Both the position numbers and the translations under genes were made by a program. Below, one piece after another: positions 38,894 to 52,360 of a stretch of DNA of 61,755 nt. Within the stretch, counting starts at the first letter, position 1; each line of letters starts with the position of its first letter. This DNA comes from Octopus bimaculoides. Its lineage: Eukaryota. The stretch covers positions 4,808,475 through 4,870,229 of the forward strand of contig NC_068991.1 of NCBI RefSeq assembly GCF_001194135.2, in the 5' to 3' direction. Under the pieces are notes generated by a model, which did no database searches, was not told the origin of the DNA, and saw only the letters and a list, made by a program, of their open reading frames with translations.

Positions 38894-40902
38894 NNNNNNN
38901 NNNNNNNNNNNNNNNNNNNNNNNNNNNNNNNNNNNNNNNNNNNNNNNNNNNNNNNNNNNNNNNNNNNNNNNNNNNNNNNNNNNNNNNNNNNNNNNNNNNN
39001 NNNNNNNNNNNNNNNNNNNNNNNNNNNNNNNNNNNNNNNNNNNNNNNNNNNNNNNNNNNNNNNNNNNNNNNNNNNNNNNNNNNNNNNNNNNNNNNNNNNN
39101 NNNNNNNNNNNNNNNNNNNNNNNNNNNNNNNNNNNNNNNNNNNNNNNNNNNNNNNNNNNNNNNNNNNNNNNNNNNNNNNNNNNNNNNNNNNNNNNNNNNN
39201 NNNNNNNNNNNNNNNNNNNNNNNNNNNNATATATATACATGCCTGTATGTATTTATGTATATATGTATGCGTATATGAATGTAATATAAAACTACCTAAA
39301 AAATAGGTAATAATAGCGTTTCACTTTTTTTTATTCATTTCACGAATGAAAACTTAAATACCGAGAATAATACATATTCTAATATATACATGTATATTCA
39401 TACGTTGTTCCTTTTGTACAAAAGTATACTTACATAAATATAAGATTTACTATCTTCATTGTTGAATAGTTTAATTAGCAATATTCATATTGATTTCAAA
39501 CGTGATCAACAATGAAAGAATTACAAAAATATGTCGTATATATCAGAACAATATTTAGTATTTTTAATATTCTCCTTGCGTAATTCGTATTTCCATAAAG
39601 ACATAGAGACACAACTACAGTTCCACAGGCACGCTGACAAACAGTTGGCCCTATCCTCATGTTATATTCAAGAGGATGTTTACTTGAACATAGACTAAAA
39701 ATAAAGATATACGTACGCACGCACACATACACACACACACACATACACACACACACACACATACACACACACACACACAGACACACACACATAGACACAC
39801 ATTAAGAAGGATATACTAATATTTCGTTACGTGCAAGCATCTCGGCTCTACAGATATAAATGTATGTTCACCTGTTATCTTGTGAATATCTATCTATCAA
39901 TATGTGTGTGTGTGTGTGCATTTGTGTGTGTGTGTGTGGGTGGGTGCGTGTGTGTGCTTATCTAACTGACTATACATATTATATATATATATATNNNNNN
40001 NNNNNNNNNNNNNNNNNNNNNNNNNNNNNNNNNNNNNNNNNNNNNNNNNNNNNNNNNNNNNNNNNNNNNNNNNNNNNNNNNNNNNNNNNNNNNNNNNNNN
40101 NNNNNNNNNNNNNNNNNNNNNNNNNNNNNNNNNNNNNNNNNNNNNNNNNNNNNNNNNNNNNNNNNNNNNNNNNNNNNNNNNNNNNNNNNNNNNNNNNNNN
40201 NNNNNNNNNNNNNNNNNNNNNNNNNNNNNNNNNNNNNNNNNNNNNNNNNNNNNNNNNNNNNNNNNNNNNNNNNNNNNNNNNNNNNNNNNNNNNNNNNNNN
40301 NNNNNNNNNNNNNNNNNNNNNNNNNNNNNNNNNNNNNNNNNNNNNNNNNNNNNNNNNNNNNNNNNNNNNNNNNNNNNNNNNNNNNNNNNNNNNNNNNNNN
40401 NNNNNNNNNNNNNNNNNNNNNNNNNNNNNNNNNNNNNNNNNNNNNNNNNNNNNNNNNNNNNNNNNNNNNNNNNNNNNNNNNNNNNNNNNNNNNNNNNNNN
40501 NNNNNNNNNNNNNNNNNNNNNNNNNNNNNNNNNNNNNNNNNNNNNNNNNNNNNNNNNNNNNNNNNNNNNNNNNNNNNNNNNNNNNNNNNNNNNNNNNNNN
40601 NNNNNNNNNNNNNNNNNNNNNNNNNNNNNNNNNNNNNNNNNNNNNNNNNNNNNNNNNNNNNNNNNNNNNNNNNNNNNNNNNNNNNNNNNNNNNNNNNNNN
40701 NNNNNNNNNNNNNNNNNNNNNNNNNNNNNNNNNNNNNNNNNNNNNNNNNNNNNNNNNNNNNNNNNNNNNNNNNNNNNNNNNNNNNNNNNNNNNNNNNNNN
40801 NNNNNNNNNNNNNNNNNNNNNNNNNNNNNNNNNNNNNNNNNNNNNNNNNNNNNNNNNNNNNNNNNNNNNNNNNNNNNNNNNNNNNNNNNNNNNNNNNNNN
40901 NN

Positions 40903-40936
<34 letters not shown>

Positions 40937-42657
40937 TACGCATGTAAATACTCATATACAATATATTGCATATGCGTGTGTATGCGTGTATTACAATATA
41001 TGTGTATCTATATATATTTATTTATTTATGTATATACATTTATATTCACACGCACATGCATGCTTGCATTAATGTGTTTGTGCGCATCTGTTAGTGTTTA
41101 CTGACTTGCACACTTATGTATACACCGAGAGAATCATTTACGAAAACAGTGGCGTGCACAGTTACGTACCCTATCACACACATACACAAACGCATACTTG
41201 AAACACACACGCATACGAACGCACAACACATACACACGAACACATACTAATATAACATAATCTATTCAATTTGCGTCGTATCCAAAACACCCCACCCCCA
41301 TACAAATCGAAGAACACTGGAATATCGCAATCCCAGCAAACAAACAACAATGCGAAAAACAAGGAGCGAACAAGAACAACAACAACAATATCAAAAGAGA
41401 AGGAAAGTAAAAAAACCAACAATAACAACAGCAAAAAGAAATGATAAACCTAATAAATATAAAAGCGATATGATTGCGGAATGTAAATAATCAATCACTC
41501 TATTTATTCAGGAAATTTAACAGAAAATCGATTAGTTTCTGCGTATGATTAGTGAATAGAGAGTTTTAGAAATGTTAGAATTTGTAGCTACAAGGGTAAG
41601 CGAAAGGTTACTCTATCACAACGGATCTGGATCTTCTTTTGTCAAGTGATCCATAGAATTCTAAAGCGTTGGTTCCATTGTCAAAATATTGGTTCAGCAG
41701 GGATCATAGAGATTACTGTTTGCACCAGTTTGTGTGTGTTTATGCGTCTGTGAATGTGTGCATGTATTTGTATATATATGTAAGCAATCATGCATGTATG
41801 TTCGCATTCAATATATATATATATATATATATANNNNNNNNNNNNNNNNNNNNNNNNNNNNNNNNNNNNNNNNNNNNNNNNNNNNNNNNNNNNNNNNNNN
41901 NNNNNNNNNNNNNNNNNNNNNNNNNNNNNNNNNNNNNNNNNNNNNNNNNNNNNNNNNNNNNNNNNNNNNNNNNNNNNNNNNNNNNNNNNNNNNNNNNNNN
42001 NNNNNNNNNNNNNNNNNNNNNNNNNNNNNNNNNNNNNNNNNNNNNNNNNNNNNNNNNNNNNNNNNNNNNNNNNNNNNNNNNNNNNNNNNNNNNNNNNNNN
42101 NNNNNNNNNNNNNNNNNNNNNNNNNNNNNNNNNNNNNNNNNNNNNNNNNNNNNNNNNNNNNNNNNNNNNNNNNNNNNNNNNNNNNNNNNNNNNNNNNNNN
42201 NNNNNNNNNNNNNNNNNNNNNNNNNNNNNNNNNNNNNNNNNNNNNNNNNNNNNNNNNNNNNNNNNNNNNNNNNNNNNNNNNNNNNNNNNNNNNNNNNNNN
42301 NNNNNNNNNNNNNNNNNNNNNNNNNNNNNNNNNNNNNNNNNNNNNNNNNNNNNNNNNNNNNNNNNNNNNNNNNNNNNNNNNNNNNNNNNNNNNNNNNNNN
42401 NNNNNNNNNNNNNNNNNNNNNNNNNNNNNNNNNNNNNNNNNNNNNNNNNNNNNNNNNNNNNNNNNNNNNNNNNNNNNNNNNNNNNNNNNNNNNNNNNNNN
42501 NNNNNNNNNNNNNNNNNNNNNNNNNNNNNNNNNNNNNNNNNNNNNNNNNNNNNNNNNNNNNNNNNNNNNNNNNNNNNNNNNNNNNNNNNNNNNNNNNNNN
42601 NNNNNNNNNNNNNNNNNNNNNNNNNNNNNNNNNNNNNNNNNNNNNNNNNNNNNNNNN

Positions 42658-42696
<39 letters not shown>

Positions 42697-43107
42697 CATT
42701 TTTTTCTGTGCTACGTTGATATTTACGTTTGTATTTGGTTTGTAGCTCTTGAACATTCCATTGTTGTAATTTAAATTTTCTGTCTCCGTGTGGTCCAGAA
42801 TGCTTGAATACTAAAAAGCCGCTTTGAAATTCATGAATCTTTCCAATGAGATTCCATAAAGAGTAATTATTTCTTTCCATATACAAACTCATACAGACTC
42901 GTTTATGCATACGTACGCCAATACATACATAACTGCCGCATTACTTCGAATTATTCGTACGGTTTTCTTACACATACATAAATACGCACACATTCGTACA
43001 CACATACACACACACGAACATGCACACACAAACACTCCTTCTCTCTCTATCTCTCTCTCTCTCTCTCCTCTTATCCCCTCTTTCTCTCTCGCGCACACGT
43101 ATATATA

Positions 43108-43311
43108 TATTCTTTTCTACTCTAGCCACAAGGCCCGAACCATTTGGGAAGAGGGAGCCAGTCGATTACATCAACCCCTGTACGCAACTGGTACTTAATT
43201 TATCGACCCAGAAAGTATGAAAGCAAAGTCGACCTTGGTAGAACTTGAACCCAGAACGAAATACCGCTAAGAATTTCGCCCGGTGAGGTAACGTTTCTGC
43301 CACGTCGCCCC
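43108..43311 (-). mobile_element. SINE family A copy with small internal deletion
   Basis: TTCTTTTCTACTCTAGCCACAAGGCC...ACTGGTACTTAATTTATCGACCC...GAAATACCGCTAAG on +. Confidence 0.85.
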
Positions 43312-43329
43312 CATGCACACGTATGTATG

Positions 43330-43369
<40 letters not shown>

Positions 43370-44454
43370 NNNNNNNNNNNNNNNNNNNNNNNNNNNNNNN
43401 NNNNNNNNNNNNNNNNNNNNNNNNNNNNNNNNNNNNNNNNNNNNNNNNNNNNNNNNNNNNNNNNNNNNNNNNNNNNNNNNNNNNNNNNNNNNNNNNNNNN
43501 NNNNNNNNNNNNNNNNNNNNNNNNNNNNNNNNNNNNNNNNNNNNNNNNNNNNNNNNNNNNNNNNNNNNNNNNNNNNNNNNNNNNNNNNNNNNNNNNNNNN
43601 NNNNNNNNNNNNNNNNNNNNNNNNGGGGGGGGGTTGCGCATGTGTGTGTGCATATAAGCACATGCACAAATACACACACATATCAACTCGCTTATTTTTA
43701 TGTATACACATATGCATATATATGTGTGTGTATGCGTGTGCGAGCACGCGTGTGTGTATGCATGTATGTAGGTGTAAATGGTCAGAATTTTCTTTGCGTG
43801 TGTGTAGGGGGGGTTGTGTGTGTGTGTATGTGTGTATGTATGTGTGTGTGTGTGTGCATGTGTGTCTGCGTGTGTGTGCGTGTGCGTGTGTGTGCATGTG
43901 TGTCTGGGTGTGAATTTGCGATACGGTGAGACATAGAAGTAGGTTCGTTTTTATCACATCTTTGTCTTCATATGAAATTTCAGAAGGCGTAAACGTTTCC
44001 AATGTTTTTTGAAAAGGGATTGCAATAATTGATTTAAAATTTATATTACCGTTTTATTTTGTCGTTGACCCCTCTGTAAGAACTGCGAAAGAGAAATCAA
44101 TACATTTGAAACCAAATAGAAAAATGTCCTAATTAGAAAGTTAATGCAATAGAAGTGGGTGTGGGCTTTCTAGAAACGATTGCTGCATGTTGTTGACTCA
44201 TGCCTGATATTAATATCGCCATTAAATGCCCCTTTTTAAGGTTGGAACATATTTCCCAATCTGTGTTTCATTTTCGTCAATGCAGCACAAATCATGTGAA
44301 AAATGAGAAAATGATGAGACGAAGACGTAATGAGATAATGAAATGAGTATAGAGTGAAAGTTATGAAAAGGTGAATAGTGATAAAATATGATTTTTCCCC
44401 GTTGATGTTTCACATAAATATATTGAGATGTCACCGACATAACAAATGTCATAC

Positions 44455-44818
44455 CAAATTCTTTAGATATTGCTTCCAGATCCTTCAGAATTCTGTCGTT
44501 AATGGTTTCTGTCTTTTTACCATTCAAAGAATCTGCTAAACTTTTGCAGCATACTGCATTCCATTGCTTTCGCTCTCGGAAGTTGCATATCTTCTGAACA
44601 TAAATATTCATTACTAATACCATTTGACGGAATCTGGCTGTAGAAGGTCCGTCACCCTTTTCTTTTTCTTTATTCACAGGATTATATAAGATCATCTTGG
44701 CTCTGGCGAAATGCATTTTGCTCATCAATGTCCCCTCTTTATGCATCGCTGACAATTTTTTTAACGACGGTATGTTTGATTCGGTGACACTTTGATGACA
44801 GCATATAGGTTGAAACAT
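44455..44818 (-). CDS. Candidate coding exon A of an unrecognised multi-exon gene (MFQPICCHQ...RILKDLEAISKEF-G)
   Basis: Lies in the longest non-repetitive, gap-free ORF of the window (198 aa, 44222-44818). In-frame donor TTT G|GTATGA (intron starts 44454, phase 1). 5' boundary uncertain (ATG at 44818 or an internal acceptor). Confidence 0.5.
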
Positions 44819-44921
44819 TGATTCACTCAGGAAGAATATGCAAACGCAACTATAATTTTTACAGGTTTATTATATCAACTATTTCATTATGTGAAATTCT
44901 TACATATTTATTATATTATGT

Positions 44922-45075
44922 GAAGGCGCCTGGCGTTGTGGTTAGAGTGTTAATCTCACGCTCAGTCTGATTGTAGTTGCATTTCAAGTCCAAAGCCGTT
45001 CTGTGTACGTGCGCAAGTCATTCTATTTCATGTTGGTGCAGCCTATTCAAGTGAAAATAAGTACCAAATGATGTC
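44922..45075 (+). mobile_element. SINE family C, decayed
   Basis: GGCGCCTGGCGTTGTGGTTAGAGTG head, then GCAAGTCATTCTATTTCATGTTG...AAAATAAGTACC. Confidence 0.5.
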
Positions 45076-45200
45076 CGCTAGATCTCGCTCTTCCTATCGG
45101 TATATATATATATATATATATATATNNNNNNNNNNTGCAAGGTTTAACAAAAAGGGTTCATAAACTATCTTTCTAGATAGAGAAAGATGGTTTAAGAATC

Positions 45201-45418
45201 TTTTGTACTCTAGGCACAAATCCTGAAATTTGGGAGGGGGAGGGTTACGTCGATTAGATCGACCCCAGTACACAACTGGTACTTAATTTATCGACTCCAA
45301 AAGGATGAAAGGCAAAGTCGACGTCAGCGGTATTTGAACTCAGAACATAGCGACGGGTGAAATACCGCTAAGCATTCCATCCAGTGTGCTAACGATTTTG
45401 CCAGCTCACCGCCTTATT
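45201..45418 (-). mobile_element. SINE family A, full length, with 13-bp target-site duplication
   Basis: TGGTTTAAGAATC at 45188-45200 and again at 45419-45431 brackets a complete copy. Confidence 0.92.
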
Positions 45419-46063
45419 TGGTTTAAGAATCGCCCTTACACAACACTAGCCTTCACGGCTATATATATGTTTCAACCTTCACCACTTCTCATCTGCGCAG
45501 CATATCATCCACCATACGGTGTTCTGTCCAGACAATCCCTTCCAAAATAAACGTCGAAACGTGACGAATGAACAACATGAAACACGTTATATAATTAAGC
45601 GACACGTTATCTCTTAATTTGAAACTGAAGTTTTTCAATTCCATTAAACAATCTTTCCATTTGAAACATGATTTCAACTGAACTAAATATCTGAAATACA
45701 ATTTCGTTTTCATGATACTGAATGAAATTGGTCTGATTACCAGTTTTTTCTATTTGTAAGGATTCTACGAATTTTCTTCTATTTCATATGGTTTCATAGT
45801 CGTTTTTAATGCTATGAATTTGGTTACGGTTCTATAATTTCCTTTTGAGATATTTTTCCATGGATTTAAAAAACACGTTAGCTTGTTTCTGTGAGTTTGA
45901 TACGTTAATTTGACAGAAATTGGTACGTCATAGAAAGTTTAAAAGCCTCTTTATCTGCTTTTCTGCTTCCTCTATGTTTGTTAATGCAGGGTAGTTATTT
46001 AAATCTTGTGTATTTCCACACAATGCTATATATATATATATATATATATATACAGAGAGAGAT

Positions 46064-46102
<39 letters not shown>

Positions 46103-46200
46103 GAGATAGAGAGACAGAGAGAGAGACAGAGAGAGAGACAGAGAGAGAGACAGAGTAACAAACTCTTTATTTGGTTTATATACATATTTATGTGTGTATG

Positions 46201-46255
<55 letters not shown>

Positions 46256-46974
46256 CATATGCGTGGAAATACATAAGATTTAAATATTAAAGATTTATAT
46301 ATATATGTATGTATATATGTATATATATGTATGCATGTATATGTCTGTATATATATAGAGAGAGAGAGATTTATATATGTATAAATATATGTATAAATAT
46401 GTGTATGTTTATACATACGTATATACACATATATGTACACATATTAACTTCGATCCATCCATACAAGCTTCCATTCACACATACTTATATACGTAAATAT
46501 ATACGTTACATACATACATACATGCATACATATATACATCCATCCATCCATACATACATACATACATACATACACACATACATAGGAAGCTTCTTGGTAA
46601 TAACTGTTATTCACAAACATATCAGCTCCCATTGTGTTTACTAATATAATGACTATCCAAATCCCTGACATTTTTCTTATGGCGATTTATCTTGCATTTC
46701 CTTTTCTTTTTCTTTTCTTTTTTTTTTTTTTGCTACCCCAATTTTCACAAGTGGAAATGTACTGTTAACAACTGTTTGTTTTTAACCCGTTTCCAACACA
46801 AAATGCTGTGTACCATAGTAATGCTCTTGCCTCATATCGATGTAATTGCTTCTTTTTCTTCATCACGTTGTATACGATGTATGTGCATAAGTGAAATTCA
46901 TTCTCCCCTGATTAATTACTTCATTCAATTTTATTCCCACAGTTTCATTTTGAAGAGAAATATTAGTTTAAAAT

Positions 46975-47164
46975 TTAGGCAGAAGGCCCAACCTTTCGGG
47001 AGTGCTGGTAAGTCGATTACATTGATTCCAGTGCTCAACTGGAGTTTACATAATAAACGCCAAATGGATGAAATGCAAAGTCGACCTCGACAGAATTTGA
47101 ACGTGAAGACGTACACTAAACGGTTTAGCCGACGTGGTAACGAGTCTACCAGCTCAGCGACTTG
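46975..47164 (-). mobile_element. SINE family A, diverged copy
   Basis: GGATGAAATGCAAAGTCGACCTCGACAGAATTTGAAC on +. Confidence 0.75.
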
Positions 47165-48513
47165 AAGCGAAATATTAACAAACACGAGGTCAATAACTCT
47201 TAGAAGACTGTTGTTGCTGGCGGCAAAATTAATACAGAAAACAAAAATGATCCGTTTTATATACCTGAAGAGTAAGTATGTAAGGGCAGCAGTAGACATG
47301 ACTTAGAACGCCAACCTGATACAGACCTGAAGCAACTTTGATCTTGTTTGTTTGTTCTTTATTTCCGTTTCCTTTTACCCGCGAAATATCCCCGGAGCTT
47401 GATGTTACCGCGTGCTCAAAGAATTTTCCAACCATGCGAATAACAATCAGGAATATTACAACAAGCACTGTGGTTCTTAGTTTTTGTCTAATAGTTCAGC
47501 TGATATTATATAAAGATAAATGATTGCGTATTCATAAAATGTGTATTCTTAAAGCCTCCGCAGCCGCTCTCGTTATTGTTATCTTTGTGGTTTTTGTCGT
47601 TGTTGAGAGACATGAACGAGGAATCCTATCTTCAAACACATACATGTCTTAAGCATTATCCTTTCTATTACAGCCATGCACAATGAATCACATTATTTCA
47701 TGTCTATTATATTTTTAATTTTGTACGTGAAAATAAAGAAAATTTTGCCTGCTTTTCTAGCACAGATGGAAACCAGAAATTGATTTCTCGTTGATCCCAG
47801 AGGGACTGAAGATTCAACGACAGGACTACTTTTAATCTTATAGGTGGATGAAAATTGATATACTTTTGATGAATATTGTAAACGTATAAAAATGATTTAT
47901 GACTCGAAACATATACAACCTACTAGTGTTATATATATATATATATNNNNNNNNNNNNNNNNNNNNNNNNNNNNNNNNNNNNNNNNNNNNNNNNNNNNNN
48001 NNNNNNNNNNNNNNNNNNNNNNNNNNNNNNNNNNNNNNNNNNNNNNNNNNNNNNNNNNNNNNNNNNNNNNNNNNNNNNNNNNNNNNNNNNNNNNNNNNNN
48101 NNNNNNNNNNNNNNNNNNNNNNNNNNNNNNNNNNNNNNNNNNNNNNNNNNNNNNNNNNNNNNNNNNNNNNNNNNNNNNNNNNNNNNNNNNNNNNNNNNNN
48201 NNNNNNNNNNNNNNNNNNNNNNNNNNNNNNNNNNNNNNNNNNNNNNNNNNNNNNNNNNNNNNNNNNNNNNNNNNNNNNNNNNNNNNNNNNNNNNNNNNNN
48301 NNNNNNNNNNNNNNNNNNNNNNNNNNNNNNNNNNNTAAATTCAACACATTGATTTAACAAGTAATTCAACACTGAAAACATTGACAAATCTCACAATTCT
48401 TTCTTAATTCTATGTGGAACACAAATGCTCAGTTTGACTAACATAAACTAAGACACATATTTTGTTACCATATAAATCATGGAAAACAAGGTTTTCAAAT
48501 AACCATGAACACA

Positions 48514-48592
<79 letters not shown>

Positions 48593-49535
48593 GGAGTGAG
48601 GGAGAGAGAGAGAATGAGATGAGCAGCCATAGGTGAATTGTAAATGTTTACATTAGTCGTTACATAAATTTATATCATATGTAATATATTTACAGCTGTT
48701 TTGATACATACTGTGAATAGTATGCAATGAGAATCTCATCATTTGCATGTGTGTGTATGTGTGTCTGCGCGTGCGTGTTACAGGTATTTGAGGTGCAAAC
48801 GCGCCCACATGATGACACGAATTACTAGTTATATGCAAAACACATTTATATGCAGGAGTGCGGAAACAAGAGAACGAGACATGAAAAGAAAAAATACACG
48901 CAAACGCAGACGTTTCCCAATCATTTTTTTTAGTAAATTATATTTTAGCATGCAAGAATGAGAGACAGACAGACAGAAAGAGACAGTACAAAGGAAAAAG
49001 CAGTTGTGTCTGATAGTGTATATAACATGCACTTCAACACAGAGATAGGGACACACACGTGAACACTCGTGCACGCAATTATGCCCCTACAATACATATG
49101 TATACCCATGTATGAACAGATGTCTATATGTGTGTATATCCTTTTGCTCTTTTACTTGTACAAACACAGCCATATAAATCTATGTATATTAAAAGACATC
49201 TTAATTGTCCTTCACTGAAAGGTGGAGAAGAACAAGTGGATCCTAAATTTAAATGGAAAACAAAACTTATACGTCAAAATCTTTAGTTAAGTATCTCTTT
49301 AACAATGGAGAAGAGAGTGGACGTAGCATTAACATGCGAAAACAGAAAAATCCTTAATATAGATAAGAGCTTTCTACCATCAAAAGGTAAGTTACAAGTA
49401 TAAATTGCTGTTCTTCGTATCTATTTTAAATTTCTTTTCTTTGTTTAAATTGAAGTATTCGATAGAATTTCTAACAAACATTCAACAGATATAGCACTTC
49501 GGAATTTCCAATTTAATTCAAAACGCCTCAAATAG

Positions 49536-49590
<55 letters not shown>

Positions 49591-50504
49591 NNNNNNNNNN
49601 NNNNNNNNNNNNNNNNNNNNNNNNNNNNNNNNNNNNNNNNNNNNNNNNNNNNNNNNNNNNNNNNNNNNNNNNNNNNNNNNNNNNNNNNNNNNNNNNNNNN
49701 NNNNNNNNNNNNNNNNNNNNNNNNNNNNNNNNNNNNNNNNNNNNNNNNNNNNNNNNNNNNNNNNNNNNNNNNNNNNNNNNNNNNNNNNNNNNNNNNNNNN
49801 NNNNNNNNNNNNNNNNNNNNNNNNNNNNNNNNNNNNNNNNNNNNNNNNNNNNNNNNNNNNNNNNNNNNNNNNNNNNNNNNNNNNNNNNNNNNNNNNNNNN
49901 NNNNNNNNNNNNNNNNNNNNNNNNNNNNNNNNNNNNNNNNNNNNNNNNNNNNNNNNNNNNNNNNNNNNNNNNNNNNNNNNNNNNNNNNNNNNNNNNNNNN
50001 NNNNNNNNNNNNNNNNNNNNNNNNNNNNNNNNNNNNNNNNNNNNNNNNNNNNNNNNNNNNNNNNNNNNNNNNNNNNNNNNNNNNNNNNNNNNNNNNNNNN
50101 NNNNNNNNNNNNNNNNNNNNNNNNNNNNNNNNNNNNNNNNNNNNNNNNNNNNNNNNNNNNNNNNNNNNNNNNNNNNNNNNNNNNNNNNNNNNNNNNNNNN
50201 NNNNNNNNNNNNNNNNNNNNNNNNNNNNNNNNNNNNNNNNNNNNNNNNNNNNNNNNNNNNNNNNNNNNNNNNNNNNNNNNNNNNNNNNNNNNNNNNNNNN
50301 NNNNNNNNNNNNNNNNNNNNNNNNNNNNNNNNNNNNNNNNNNNNNNNNNNNNNNNNNNNNNNNNNNNNNNNNNNNNNNNNNNNNNNNNNNNNNNNNNNNN
50401 NNNNNNNNNNNNNNNNNNNNNNNNNNNNNNNNNNNNNNNNNNNNNNNNNNNNNNNNNNNNNNNNNNNNNNNNNNNNNNNNNNNTATATATATATATATAT
50501 ATAT

Positions 50505-50538
<34 letters not shown>

Positions 50539-50893
50539 TTTAGGGAGATAGATTGATAATTACATAGATAAACACACAGACCGAAAACTAGATAGATAGA
50601 TAGATTGAGAGAGAGATGGATGGATGGTTAACATGATGGGTAATTGGATAGGTCGATAGACAGATAGGTAAGTAGATAGACAGATAGATGGATGGATAGA
50701 TAGATAGATGTTGAACTTGTGCGCTTGTGGGCATATAATTATATGTGATATGTATGTGAATTTATGCGAATCTAAAGAATGTATAAAATACATGTATTGC
50801 AATGTTCCTAGCAGTAAAATACATTCACAAATAATCAACAACTATACATGTGTGTATGTGAGCTTTTTTTATTTCTTAAAGTGCAAAAAAAAA

Positions 50894-51046
50894 GTACAGC
50901 AGGGTTCTCCATCACTCCCTAACGGAAACTCGTGGTGCTTTATGTGTTTTCGCTCAATAAACACTCACAACACCCGGTCTCTGAATCGAGATCGCGAACC
51001 CACGACAGCGAGTCCGCTGTCCTAATCACTGGGCCAATGCGCTTCC
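50894..51046 (-). mobile_element. SINE family E (tRNA-like head)
   Basis: Reverse complement GGAAGCGCATTGGCCCAGTGATTAGGACAGCGGACTCGC...TCTCGATTC..AGACCGGG has A/B box remnants. Confidence 0.65.
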
Positions 51047-51199
51047 GCAATGTTTAGAATAAATAATTTCATACCAGTTTAAACCAGCGAATTACGATAA
51101 TGTAGCAGTCGATCATATATGGCTTTACATGTATTTTCATATCAGCTTGACCTACATTCGATTTTGCTATAGTTGTGTTCGGCAGCGACCGCAAATGAA

Positions 51200-51790
51200 A
51201 TTGCAGGATTTTAGTTCTTATTTCACTTCTCATAGGACTTGGTATGTTGCATCACCCTCAGCAACATTTGCACTAAAAGGATTCGCCATCCAACCGTACC
51301 GCTTTAAGTCGCAGCAAATTATTTTTCTTCACGCATTTCAAGTTCATTGAGGCGACAAATGTATTTTTTTTCCATATCCTCCTACATCTTCAGCAGCTTT
51401 AATTGTGTGCAATGACACATCCAGGTGAAAACCGCTCTGTAAAATGTTACAGAAAAAAATGTTTAATTTCTTTTTCTTCAATAAATTAAGAAACATGTTT
51501 CCAATTGGTAAGTGTTATATGGTCTCCCTGAAGCTACAAGTTAATTTCATTAAATTTCTTCTTGAAAACACTTGTCAAATAATATGCTGCATCTAATGTT
51601 TTTCTAACTACTGGTAGAGGTTAACCTAAATTTCCTTTTCCTGAAAGAGAAAGATCACCTCATTTAGATCCAGGGGTCTTTATGTGACTAAGAGTACCTT
51701 AATAAATTCCCCATCATTATCTTGGCACAGCTGTTAAACAATTCTCCCAGATGTTTGGTATTTCATTAGATCTTATTTATAACCCTTAAT
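51200..51790 (-). mobile_element. Decayed hAT (Buster/Charlie-type) transposase fragment
   Basis: Minus-strand AAYYLTSVFKKKFNEINL*LQGDHITL (from 51590) and DLKRYGWMANPFSANV (51310-51263) match Buster motifs LAYL.DIF..LN.LNL.LQG and W..NPF in the correct order; several stops and frameshifts. Confidence 0.7.
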
Positions 51791-52056
51791 TATAATTTAA
51801 AAAAAAAAACAGAGTTACATCGAAATGATGTTTGCGTTTTAACTATGCACCACAAAAGGGAAGCATAAACCATTTGGTAAAAAAGGTAAAGACACGACTT
51901 CGGTCGATAAATTTCCACCGGCTCTTCAATACCACCCATGACCTGAAAGGCCACCACGGACACCGGTACTCTTCGAATCCATCGAGATGAAGACGCTCAC
52001 TCACCAGCTGTAGATTTAATACAGGGACGCAAGGTAATGCTGATGACAACGATATG

Positions 52057-52100
<44 letters not shown>

Positions 52101-52167
52101 CCTGATCTTGTCTTTGAATTTATATATGCATATATAATTTTCATATTCTTTCATTCTTTTATCCTTC

Positions 52168-52360
52168 TATTTGTTTCAGTCGTCTGACTGTCGCCATGCT
52201 GGAGCACCGCCCTTAGTCGAATAAATCGCTCCCCACCCCAGGACTTATTCTTTGTAAGCCTAGTACTGATTTTATCGGTCTCTTTTGCCGAACCGCTATG
52301 TTACGGGGGCGGAAACACACCACTATCGGTTGTCAAGTGATGGTGGGGGGACAAACACAC
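52168..52360 (-). mobile_element. SINE family B, 3' module (head absent or lost in the adjacent gap)
   Basis: GTTTCAGTCG.TGACTG.CGCCATGCTGGAGCACCGCC...TTTTGCCGAACCGCTA.GTTACGGGG...TTGTCAAGTGATGGTGGGGGGACAAAC on +. Confidence 0.85.

Noticed and set aside
47229-47492. Type II membrane protein start (IRQKLR plus a hydrophobic stretch)
   Set aside because: No ATG or in-frame acceptor ahead of the segment; short and within chance expectation.
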